DNA of 64,000 nucleotides from Octopus vulgaris (lineage: Eukaryota). The position numbers and the translations under genes were made by a program. How positions within the stretch are numbered: position 1 is the stretch's first letter; each line of letters starts with the position of its first letter. The stretch is from the NCBI GenBank assembly GCA_951406725.2, contig OX597840.1, forward strand, positions 14,074,001-14,138,000, written 5' to 3'. Of the stretch, positions 26,211 to 37,637 are shown piece after piece. Under the pieces are notes generated by a model. The model was not told where the DNA came from and did no database searches. It was given only the letters and a program-made list of their open reading frames with translations.

Positions 26211-26272
26211 TCTAGTGGTGAGGATTCATGGCTTTTATCCAGGCAGCCTGGGTTCGATTCCTGGCATGGGAA
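26211..26272 (+). pseudogene. tRNA-Glu(TTC)-derived pseudogene, 5'-truncated
   Basis: TCTAGTGGTGAGGATTCATGGCTTTTATCCAGGCAGCCTGGGTTCGATTCCTGGCATGGGAA closely follows metazoan tRNA-Glu. The anticodon is mutated and the 5' acceptor strand is missing. Confidence 0.75.
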
Positions 26273-26773
26273 CACAATTATTTTGGTGTTAATGATGATG
26301 ATGATGATGATGTTTGGAGTGTCACATGATCAACCCAAGCTATGTGAGTGAAATTGACAGGAACTGTGTGAAAGCCTATCAGATGGCCAGTCCAGCCATG
26401 ACACAGAAGTCCAACCTTGATTTCCACACACACTCACACACACACTTACTGTGTCACACTGACTCTGCCTAAAGATTACATTAAGGGTACATTAAGGGTA
26501 CATGTGTCTGTGGAATACTCAGTCATTGAAATGTTTATTCAATGAACAGGCTGTTCAGTTGGTTGAACAAATGTTGCTTCGCGTTTGGAATATTCTGAGA
26601 TCCATTTATATACTTACTTGTGCACCTGTTTTAAATTCTTATAGTTAACCATTTTTAAAACATGATAAAAATATAACAGGATAAAAAAAGCTTCTTAATC
26701 CTGTGACATCCAGATTACTCTGTCAAACGTAATGCTTATATTTTCACATTATTTTGAATCAACCATGCATTAT

Positions 26774-27058
26774 AAAGTAAAGTCTAGTTGCCAATGTGAA
26801 GTGGCAGTCCTGATTAGGATGGTGTTACTACCTTTTTAGCCCCAGGACCAGTGCCGATGAAGAAAAATAACCCAGAAGCATTGGTCTGCAGGTACCATCT
26901 CAGGCTGAGTGGGGATCTTAACTCCCTTATTTGAGGCATAAGGATGCAGTTGTGCATCAATAGCCAACTGGAAAACATGTTTTCCTGAGGCTAAAAAAAG
27001 GTTGTAACACTGTCCTAATAAGGATTGCCACTTTACGTTGGCAAATGGACTCTACTTT
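26774..27058. mobile_element. MITE with ~70-bp TIRs; partial second copy at 27762-27980
   Basis: AAAGTAAAGTCTAGTTGCCAATGTGAAGTGGCAG... is the near reverse complement of ...TTGCCACTTTACGTTGGCAAATGGACTCTACTTT; flanked by TA. Confidence 0.75.
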
Positions 27059-27145
27059 GTAGTACTGATGTTACTCAATTCTCACTCAGAGATTTAAAAT
27101 TGTTTTACTCCTTAAAAGATCAGTAACTGTGTCACTTTAAAAGTA

Positions 27146-27712
27146 TTGGGTTGTCCGGAAAGTTCGTGCTGATTTATAGTAGCTTACCTTTTCACTTATT
27201 TTAGAACATGGTTGAGTCCATAAAATAGGATTTGACTTCACCTTCTTTTAGAGCACAGTTTAAGTTTGCTTTTCGTGGAAGAACGTTTATGTTCTTATAA
27301 CCTGTGTTAATTTTGTAACCCTTTAAAATGGAAGATAAGAAAGTTCATTTTCGGCACTTGATGCTTTGGGAACCAGACAAAAATTGCTGCAGCTCGGCTG
27401 GGATGTGTTACCTCCACCCTCCATATTCACCAGATATTGCTCCTTCAGATTTCCACTTATTCAGGTCTCTGCAGAATAGTCTTAATGGTAAAAATTTCAA
27501 TTCCTTGGATGACGTAAAAAGATACCTTGATGAATTCTTTACCATGAAACTCCCTCAATTCTGGGAAGAGGGTATTTCCAAGTTAAAGGAAAGATGGAGA
27601 TTCATTGTGCAACAAAATGGTTCGTATTTGGTTGATTAAAAATGTAATGGCAAGTATTTATTGACCTTTTCCTTTCCTTTAAAAATCAGCATGAACTTTC
27701 CGGACAACCCCA
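27146..27712 (+). mobile_element. Internally deleted mariner element
   Basis: ~30-bp TIRs TTGGGTTGTCCGGAAAGTTCGTGCTGATTT. ORF 27328-27639 joins the N-terminus (MEDKKVHFRHLMLWE) to the C-terminus (HPPYSPDIAPSDFHLFRSLQN...GISKLKERW). Confidence 0.9.
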
Positions 27713-28796
27713 AAAAAACCTCAAACAAGGCCTAGTGCTGCCATCTCTAGCCAGTGGTTATCCTGTGCCAATGAGGAGAAATAACCCAAAAACCATTGAT
27801 CTGCAGGTACCATCTAAGGCTGAGTGGCAACATTAGTTCCCTTATTTGAGGCATAAGGATGCAGTTGTGCATCAATAGCCTACTGGAAAAGATGTTTCCC
27901 TGAGGCTAAAAAAAGGTTGTAACACCTTCCTATTCAGTTCTGCCACTTTACGTTGGCAAATAGAGTTAACTCTGCTGTACTGTTACTACTTATTTTTCGC
28001 TTAACCAGGTATCATTTTGCTTTGCAGTCATGAGATTTCAATGATGTGACTGTTTATTTTTAGAGTGATGCTGTCGGATAGATCTGGTTGGTTTGAACAT
28101 AAAACAAGTAGAATATTTCAACCAGATATGACTGGTACAAATGATATGGGATTAAAACATGTTACTGCTGGGAGATTATATGCTTTTTTTCCAAAATCCA
28201 TGGCGTGTCACCTGAAAACCTGTAGAAGGTCACTACCGACACATGTCATAGCATCACCTTTACTCACATAAAGGCTTCTTCATTTCCACAAGTTAAAGTT
28301 GAACTAATTACTCTAAGCTAATTAAACATGCATTAATTAAATGTGAAACAGCAACAAATTTAGAGAACTGTTAAAATGTAATTGTTAAAACTTTGCAGTA
28401 ATTAGTTACAAGCCTTTATGTACTGGACTCAAAACCTGTCAATTCATGGGCTTAGTAAAATAAAATAGCCGTCAAATAATTCACTCTTTGGGTCCCTCAG
28501 TTCCTGATGGAATCAAAGGGGTGTCTTCATGACAAGTGGCATACCTTGGGTATTTTAAACCTGACCGAGTACATCACTCTTTAGATCTGGTCAAGGCCAG
28601 CTTTTTCCAAAGATAGATGGAGAGAGAGAGAAGAATTAACCACAGTATTAAACTGGTATTTTATTGATAAAAGGCAACATGGGCCTTAGCAGGATTTGAA
28701 CTCAGAACAGAGAGAGCTTGAACATATGTTGCACTGCATTTTATTTGACTGATAGTCAAAGATACCTGCATTGATTTAGTATTCTGGTAGTGTATC

Positions 28797-29013
28797 AAGG
28801 CGGCAAGCTAGCAGAAACATTAGCATGCCGAGTGAAATGCTTAGTAGTATTTGGTTTGTCTTTACATTCTGAGTTCAAATTCCACTGAGGTCGACTTTGC
28901 CTTTCATCCTTTTGGGGTCAATAAATTAAGTACCAGTTGCATACTGGGGTTGATCCAACTGACTGCCCCACCTCCCCAAAAATTTCAGGCCTTGTGCTTA
29001 GAGTAGAAAAGGC
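28797..29013 (+). mobile_element. SINE family A
   Basis: TSD TCTGGTAGTGTATC / TCTGGTTGTGTATC. Confidence 0.85.
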
Positions 29014-29042
29014 TCTGGTTGTGTATCCTAGATTTTGAATAT

Positions 29043-29270
29043 TCTTTTATTTGTTTCAGTCATTTGACAGAAGCCATGCTGGAGCACCACCTTTAGTCAA
29101 ACAAATCAACCCCAGGACTTATTCTTTGTAAGCCTAGTTGCTTATTCTATTGATCTCGTTCGCTAAATTACGGGGACGTAAACACACCAACATCTGTTAT
29201 CAAGTGATGGTGGGGGGACAAACACAGACAAACAAACATATACATATATATATATATATGCATGTATGTA

Positions 29271-29318
<48 letters not shown>

Positions 29319-29493
29319 TATACTACATACGACAGGTTTCCTTCAGTTTCCGTCTACCAAATCCACTCACAAGTCTTTGGTTGGCCTGAGGTTATAATAG
29401 AAGACACTTGCCCAAGGTGCCACACAGTGGGACTGAACCCTGGAACCATGAAGTAGGGAAGCAAGCTTCTTACCACACAGCCATTCCTGTGCC
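29043..29493 (-). mobile_element. SINE family B
   Basis: Multicopy similarity. Confidence 0.85.
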
Positions 29494-29800
29494 TAAAATA
29501 GAAAAGAATAATAATTTTACTAATTAGTTCTAATTTTGCCTCAAGGCCAGCAATTTCAGCAGGAGGGGTTTAGTTCATTATTTCGACTCCAGTGTTTAAC
29601 TGGTACTTATATTATCAACCCTGGAAGGATGAAAGGTAAAGCCAACGTGAAGGTGGGGACTGAACTCATAGCATAAAGAATTGAAAGAAATGCTGTTGAG
29701 CATATTGTCTGGTGCTTTAACCACTCTGACAACTCACTGTACTACTACTACTACTACTACTATTACCACCACCACTACTACTACTGATGATGATGATAAA

Positions 29801-30313
29801 AGTGGTATGAACATAAACCCGAAGGCATCATCGAAAATGATAATGCAAAGCTCCAATGGGATTTTATGATTCAGTATGAACATGAGATAGAGAATAGGAA
29901 ACTAGATATAGTGTTAATTGAGAAAGAAAGCAAACTATGCTGGATCATAAATGTAGCATGCCTAGCTGAGAACAAGGTATGTGATAAGGAAGAAAGGAAA
30001 GTTGATAGATAAAACAGGTTGGCTTGGAAGGTTAAGCAGCTGAAGTCACTGAAAAAGGTGGTAGTAGTACCAATAATTGTCGGAGCCCTGGGAACGGTGA
30101 GTAAAAACCTTGAGAAGTACATGGAACAAATAGGGGCTGCAATAAGGGTGGAGCACTTGCGGAAAACAGCACTGCTTGGAACCACTCGAATACTCCAGAT
30201 GGTGCTCAAAAAATAAGGGGTGTTATCTTAGTCCACTGGTAGTGAACAGCTGGCATCGTAGTACATCTCCAGCATTAGAAGCTGTGCAAACACAATAAAA
30301 TAATAATAATAAT
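29801..30313 (+). mobile_element. R4/Dong-clade non-LTR retrotransposon 3' end (RLE endonuclease) with (TAA)n tail
   Basis: WYEHKPEGIIENDNAKLQWDFMIQ...KLDIVLIEK...VVVVPIIVGALGTVSK...LRKTALLGTTRIL; ends in (aat)n. Confidence 0.85.
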
Positions 30314-30314
30314 A

Positions 30315-30426
30315 GCCATATCACGTTGAAAGCATTGGTTCTCATCCGATCACCAAAGTTAAGCAACGTCGAGCCTAGTTTGCACTTAGATGGGTGACCG
30401 CTTGGGAAACCTAGGTGCTTTAAGCG
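30315..30426 (+). rRNA. RNA5S: 5S rRNA pseudogene or variant lacking the first ~7 nt
   Basis: GCCATATCACGTTGAAAGCA..GGTTCTC.TCCGATCACC.AAGTTAAGCAACGTCGAGCCTAGTT...GATGGGTGACCGCTTGGGAA.CCTAGGTGCT follows metazoan 5S. It shows CpG-type decay and has no oligo-T terminator. Confidence 0.88.
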
Positions 30427-30433
30427 TCACACA

Positions 30434-31012
30434 TAATGCCCTGATTCAGTACCAGGCAGTGGCTCTCGTGGCTTCTGATCTTAACTGATTGGAAGTGTTA
30501 TTATGTACATTGATTTGTCTTGGTATAAAAGATGGGCTACAGCAAATATTCTGTTCAATATCACAGATTTGCTTGTCAGTTGTTTGACCTTAACCAGTTG
30601 AGCATGTCCCTTAGTGGTTGACGATATGTGCATCTCTGATCATGAGCAGAAGTAGTGGGGAGCATCATAGCCATGTGTTGAGAGGGATTTTTGGGGGTTT
30701 GGATAATTCACCTCTGGAAACATGGGTGGTTCGTTCAACATCCTTAAACAACCCTTATTCAGGGACCTTTTGAGCGGGATGGGTTACTCGACCAGAAGAA
30801 AATTCTAACTGGGCCCCACCTGCAAGGTCATGTGCTGTTTATTTTCATATGAGATTACCATGTCGCGCACATATGGTTGTGATGCATGTACCTAGTGTAC
30901 CCTTACCAGACGGGTAGTCATGATGGGTATACAGGGCTTCGTTTATTTTACCCAATGTCACTTTGATGGCATGCACTGCTCTCTCACTCAATAATAATAA
31001 TGATAATAATAA
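30434..31012 (+). mobile_element. Non-coding retroposon with (AAT)n tail
   Basis: The segment 30546-30689 recurs inverted at 37492-37637; ends in (aat)n. Confidence 0.6.
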
Positions 31013-31014
31013 AT

Positions 31015-31215
31015 ATATAAATCAATACTAACAGATGACAATGTTTGTCTAAAAGAAATGGAGAAACTTTCAAAATACAAAGACCTGGAGATAGAGCTAA
31101 ATCGAATGTGGAGTCTAAAAACAAAAACAATTCCTATCATAGTAGGTACATTAGGTATGATAAAAAAACATTCAGACAAATACATAACAAAAACATCAGG
31201 ACTTTCAAGTGTATA
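31015..31215 (+). mobile_element. Second R4/Dong RLE fragment
   Basis: DDNVCLKEMEKLSKYKDLEIELNRMWSLKTKTIPIIVGTLGMIKK. Confidence 0.8.
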
Positions 31216-31678
31216 TAGGACCCCTGCAACATGAGTGTAAATTTGAGAGGGGAATATGCTGAATAAAATCATAAGTGATCCTCGTGTATTTTCTTTTACC
31301 CAAAACCAAGAACATTCCGGTGTCTTTGTAAGTTTATTTGTTGCCCATGCAGTAAGCATCCGTTCTTTGCATTATTGCTGTTTTAAAGGAAAAACAGATT
31401 GGCACTGGCGGTGTCATAGATGACCACAAAACATGAAGAGTCAGAACAAACCCTATAAGTCACTTTGTTCAATGTTCTATTAATTCTATCAATCCGCTGA
31501 CCTGAATTGGTACAAATAGGATAAAGGACTAAGTTGACTCTGCCAAGATTTGAACTCAGAATGTAAAAGTCCACAACTATTATAAATACCACCGGGTATT
31601 TTGTCTGATGCTCTAACAATTCTGCCAATCTGCCACTAAACAAAAACTCTTTGTTCTCTGTTGTGACTTCATTGCTGT

Positions 31679-31827
31679 CACTAGCATAGCTGGGGGGATG
31701 AGGTGTGTACAGTCCACCCCAGGTGGAACTTTTGGGTCTGCTGTAGGTAATAAGTGTTTTTTGTGGGGGTCTCAGTGGGCGGCAAATGGAAGGGCTGCCT
31801 TGGGTGGCACACACTCTAGCTACAGTG
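31679..31827. mobile_element. 149-bp hAT-type MITE
   Basis: Perfect 8-bp TSD ATTGCTGT (31671-31678, 31828-31835); degenerate TIRs CACTAGCATAGCT / AGCTACAGTG. Confidence 0.65.
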
Positions 31828-33384
31828 ATTGCTGTTATTGTTGTTTAGTTCTAGGTCAGCTCTTATGAAGATCAAGCAAACCTTTCATCAAAGGTTTTCC
31901 AACACAAACTTCATGACCTGATGAGGAGACTGTATAACTGATTTTTTATAGACTGAAATTTGGAGGGGAAAACTGTCAGTCATATTGATTTCTTTCCCAC
32001 TGTCCGTGACTGGTACTTAATTTTATTGACCCTGTAATGATGAAAAGGCAAAGTTGACCTCAACAGGATTTGAAGACAGAACAGAAAGAGTTACATCAAA
32101 TATTTCAACTAATGAGACTGTTAATTGACTTCAACTTCAACTCTTAATCACCTCTTCTACGTCCTGCCAAAGATGCTGGGGAATCTGTTCCAGAGTATTC
32201 TTTCTTAGAATCACTATACAAAAACCCCGTGTTTAGTAGTGTTAAGAGGCTTCCCACTTAATGAAATCTTTGGAATGATAGGCAGTGTTCTGGAATTATT
32301 TACAGTACCTTGGAGCCTGGTGGTCACAGGGTGAATGAAGCACTTAACCCATGGCTTGCTGCAGTGGGCAGTTGTGCATTAAAATATTTAGATATTGTCA
32401 AACACCTTGTTTGAATACAAGTAACAGAGTGGACTTGGTGCAACCTAGAAGCCAGATAATGGTGTTAAAGCAGGATCCAAGTCTACCAACTAAGAGCAAG
32501 TAAAAAAACCCTTCCTACACAATTTCTATCAACTAATTTCAGTCACAGTTCTTGGGTCAACCAAAAGGTGTGGCTGAATACACTTGCCTGATATGTCACC
32601 ATGTAGTGTTACTGAACATGGAGTCACATGGTTGTTCTTAAACACATGATGATATATGCACATCTGCACAAAATGATTACTAAAAGAAAATGGAATTATT
32701 TCATGAGAGGACTTAGCAATTCTCCTGTGGGATGTAGAAGAATCGCTATGAATAGTGAAAATCTGTGTTTGAAGCAAAGAAATTGAATTTATCTTTTCTT
32801 GACTGTTATAGAGAATTGGATGTTACAATTCCAATTAACTCCATGGTGGCTTCGTAGAATTGTTAGACTATCAAACAATATAACACTGTATTATTTATGG
32901 TTCTTTACTTTCTGAGTTCAAATCACACTAAGACTGACTTTGCTTCCCTCCTTCTTGGGCCACTCAAGTTCTTGGGCGAATTTCTATTGCTTCAAGCATT
33001 TCTAAACTTGAATGGAATTATGATAAAACAAACCTGTCCTCTGGAAATGTTGGGTTTTATATAGTTTTTGTGAAAGCATAGCAACAAGAAGAGTCCAATA
33101 TAATTAATTTTTCACACTCTTAACCTGACCTTTAAAGATTTCTGTAATACAGGCAATGGATTGAAAGTCATTACATCATCATCATCATCATTATTATCGT
33201 CGTTGTCATCATTTAATGTCTGCCATACATGCTGGCATGGGTTAGGTGGTTTTACCAGAGTTGGCTAGCAGGGGAACTGCACCAGACCCTGGTCTGATTT
33301 GGCATTGTTTCTATGACTGAATGCCCTTCCTAATGCCAACCACTTTACAAAGTGTGCTGGCTGCTTTTGCATGGCACTAGATGG

Positions 33385-35540
33385 GTGATAATTCACTCTC
33401 CATTGTATCGTTGGATCTTGCCAAAACACACCCAAGCATGCCCCACCATTTACTCCAAAATGCATTGGAGTGCTACCAAGTACAAACAGAAGTAGTCAGA
33501 CTCATAATGTCTCACAAAGATTTGCTGAGGATGAGGTTCACTGCAAGACATTTCACCACTAAGAAGGCATTATGGTATTATAACAGTGTCTTTGGTGTTA
33601 TTTTTGGTGGCTGTGGAGGCGGGAGGGAAGCAATTGAGAAGTCCTGAAACTGACTGAAACATGGGAAATCCAGTTTTTAGGGTTTAGGGGTGACATAACA
33701 GTTATAACATCATCAATTGGAGGGCCACAGTGGACACTGAGTTTGCTGGAAAAGATGCCCAATGAAATCTCAGAGCCTGAATATCCTGAAAATAAAGCTT
33801 ACAAAAGACATCATTAGTATTCAGGGCTGATAATTTAAGAAAAATAAATCTGCTGCTTTGGGTAAAATTATAATTAAACCCTAAAGGATATTGGTAACAC
33901 TGAAAATACTAAAACCCAATTAGACAACTGGCTGAGGACAGTTGATAAAAGCCAGATTCTTAGAAGGTTCTTCCAGTATGGCACCATACCCAGACCAAAA
34001 TGGCTAGTTTTGCTCTACAACTTTGCCATGACTTAGCTGTACAGTAAATTCATGTGAAGTTGCCTGGGCTCCCCCAAATTTCAGCTCAGTCTATCTGTAC
34101 AGCAAATTCCACCTACCAATTTCATCAGTGGTAGAAGAATTCAAAGCCAAAGGCAGAAGCTATCAGCACATTGCTTCTATCTGAGGATGAGAAAGTCAGA
34201 CACAGCAAAAAGACCATTATGTGTGACAGAAAATGGCAGAAGCCTCAGGGAGCTGTGAAGGATGTGGAGACATACTGGAAGCACCAGGAGATTGTTGGAG
34301 TAGTCTGTTAATGATGGCTAGGGCATGGCAAGTACAGTAGAAAGAGGTGGGAAAACACCAATACCAAGAGCAGAAGAGAGCTCATAGGGCAAAAGAGCCA
34401 TGACTCAACAGAGGAGGTGAAGGCAGTAGGGCTTATTTGCCAGAAACAATGGATACAGTGGGACCAAGCACTCAAGCACCCACTGTCTTGAGAGGAACTC
34501 TGGGGCACTGACCTGGAAAGACTGCCTTTTCTCCTCTGTATTATTGCTGGCGAGCTGGCAGAAACATTAGCATGCCAGGCAAAAGGCTTAGCGGTATTTC
34601 GTCTACCGTTATGTTCTGGGTTCAAATTCCGCCGAGGTCGACTTTGCCTTTCATCCTTTCGGGGTCAATAAATTAAGTACCAGTTACGCACTGGGGTCAA
34701 TGTAATCGACTTAATCCGTGTGTCTGTCCTTGTTTGTCCCCTCTATGTTTAGCCCCTTGTGGGTAATAAAGAAACAAAATAGCCTTAAAATATGGGACAA
34801 AGAAAAGGACCCCATCCTACAAGCAGTGTGAAGCAACTCTTTGCACCCTGAACCATATTTTGACTAGGTGCCCTAGTGGAGACATGATGAGGTCCTTGCA
34901 GAAATTACTTAGTGGATTGATCTGTAACGGTTGACGGTTAATAAACACCATCCACAACCAACAAAGAGTATCGAATTCTTAAAGGAAAGTGACAAAGCTC
35001 CCAAGATAAAAGCAATGCCAGGGCATCCGTTTTTTATATTGCTTTCAGCCTCAGACCAGGAAGAAGAGCAGGCTTGTTTTCCCAGTGGAAATAAAAGTGA
35101 CATCATTCTGACCAGGCATGTTCCTGCTCTCCTGGAGTACAAAAGCAATCACTAAGAGGACAGACTCAATATTTGTCACCGGGTAAAGAAAACCAAATAT
35201 CAAAATTTAGTTGATGAGGACCTTGTTAAGGGATGGCATGCAGCCTCATTCATGATTGAATTCAGCTGTTGTAGCTTTCCAGCTAGATCAGTGCTCTATT
35301 TTCTGCAGAAGATAAGTCTGGAATGCGGACAACTGAAGAAAGCCATCAAGGTATGACAGCTGAAACTAGCTCAAGGTGGTCATGGTTGAGGAGAGACTGC
35401 AAGTGAAACTCTTCTGCAGGTGAAGACTGGTTTAGTCCTTGTTACCCAACTCAGGCTAAAGGGTAAAGTATTTGTGACCTTGAGATACCTGATGATCATA
35501 ATGAAGGGTTTCCAGCACTTTGATGAATTTAAAAGAGGTT
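33385..35540 (+). mobile_element. Heavily decayed HERO/NeSL-like RLE non-LTR retrotransposon
   Basis: LSIVSLDLAKTHPSMPHHLLQNAL (RT LDLxNAYGSxPH motif), WLRTVDKS, KQWIQWDQAL, TLNHILTRCP, RHDEVLAEI, KKTKYQNLVDE...GW. Many stops. Confidence 0.7.
34549..34775 (+). mobile_element. SINE family A nested in the HERO-like element
   Basis: Multicopy similarity. Confidence 0.88.
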
Positions 35541-37359
35541 GCATAACCTCTGAGTAACTCCTGCAGTTTCTGTGGGAGTGGGGGAGCAAAGCATATCTGA
35601 TGTTTATCTCACTATTTATTTCATCTGTGACACTCACAGGGTTTATGACTGACCTCAGTACCCTGTTTGGAATGGTCAAGATAGTTACCAAGGAACAACA
35701 AGAAACTGGCTGAGCAATCAGTTGCAAATTGTTCTACAAAATAACCAGTCAGCCCAAGGTGGACGTATATACCAAAATTGAAACAGAAAGGTTGAATAAG
35801 AAACCCAGTCAAGTCAAAGACAGATAACTACATTCACCTTTGTGATGCCATCACTTCTAACTTTGTTCCAAGAATTATTAGTTAACCAGTCATTCTACCA
35901 TCAAGCTTCATAGGCTGATCTTGTTAATGCACAAACAAATTAAACATGCAAAGGTTTACGCCTGAAATTTTGGTCTGCCATATTCCTTCGCTACATTTCC
36001 CCGTAACCTTACATAGATAGGAATCTCTGCTAAAGTTTTCCAATATCAGATTGACATGATTTCTTTGATCAAATGTTGCACGAGAAACAATGAAATCTCC
36101 TCTGGCTCCTAAAAGGCAGAAGAATTTTCACTGATCTTAGTGTGGATGAATAATATTGAATGGCATAAGGGAGGACTTTTTCATTCTCACACACAACAAA
36201 ATAAAACTATATGATACTGAAAAGTTCATTTCAGTTGAGCTGACTAATACAGATAAGCTAGAGCTATATGAAACCATCAGATCTTAACTCATCCATGTGA
36301 AATCATCAATCCTGCTGCCTCCTATGGGCAGGATCAAAAAATTCACCAAAAGATAATTCTTAAACCAACAACAATGAATGCTTCCTTTGTTGAAGGTATA
36401 CACATGCAAAACAACAACCCTAGCAGAGAGAGAGAGAGAGAGAGAGAGAGAGTGTGTGGGGAGTGAAAGAGAGAGAGAGAGAAAGAAAGAGAGGGAGAGA
36501 GAGATTCAAATGATAATACTGTGGAGAGCTCTTGAATCTTGAAAATGTTATCAGTATCTCCTCTCCACACACACACACACACACATGCAATGCCAGCAAG
36601 ACACAATGCATGACACTGATGGGAGACGTACCAATACAGCAGTTGAGAAATTGCTAAAACTGAAACACACCTTCATTAAATTATTAAACGTAGTTACAAT
36701 ATGTTTAATAAACAGCGTTGCAAAAACAGACCTCGGTTAAACAACAGGAAGCTCAGTAGCCAAGGAGAACGAAAGATCAAGTTGTCTAATTAATTAGTTT
36801 AGGATTTTGTTAAAGCAATCATCAGGATTTGATTACTTTACCTTAGTTCCTCAGAAACTATTTCATGAATAATGCAAATTTGATCACATTAGGCTAGACT
36901 ATTTCCATTGTAGTGCAAAGGTGGTTGTCTGTATTAATTAACTGAGCCATCAATACACTGCATATGAAATTAAATTTTCACAGCAAAGCTAAAAATACTA
37001 AACACACAGCCACAACTTTATTTAAGAATTTAATCTCATCTAAACCGGTGTCCTTCACTACAGCTGCTTTTCTCACAATACCTTGTGAGTTGAATCGAAG
37101 AAGCTCGACATGTGTGTGTGTGCTTTTATAATTCCCTTTGTCTCTCATTATGCGAGTAAACGACATCATTTGTTTGAAAACTTTATCTGTTATTTCATAC
37201 AGATGATCTCCTTTGTTCGTAGGTACAATACCTTTCCTAGTCTATTTACTAACTTTCTCTCCAATCTATTGCATTTCTAATGCTAATTCTTCACTAAAAG
37301 TACATGAATCTATTTCCATTTTGACTGAACACCTACCATGATTTATTAGGAATCATAAA

Positions 37360-37637
37360 TAACATTGTGTAACACGATTTTTGTCCTTGGGTAGCAACTG
37401 TTATTTCCTATTTGCTTACCTCTAGAAAATATGAAAAATGGTTAATATTGCCTTCAAACTTTGCTTCTGTTACATTTATCCAAAATCCTAAGAATCTCTC
37501 TCAACTCATGGCTATGGTGCTCCCCCACTACTCCTGCTCATCATCAGAGATGCATATGTTGTCAGCCACTAAGGGACATACTCAAGTGGTTATGGTCAAG
37601 CAACTGACAAGCAAATCTGCGGTGTTGAGCAGAATAT
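37360..37637 (-). mobile_element. Retroposon fragment sharing a domain with 30546-30689
   Basis: Reverse-complement similarity over ~145 bp. Confidence 0.6.

Noticed and set aside
27328-27639. SETMAR-like host gene
   Set aside because: No SET domain; it is an internally deleted mariner between TIRs.
32100-32800. Possible old LINE 3' remnant on the minus strand
   Set aside because: Only vague similarity; no diagnostic motif.
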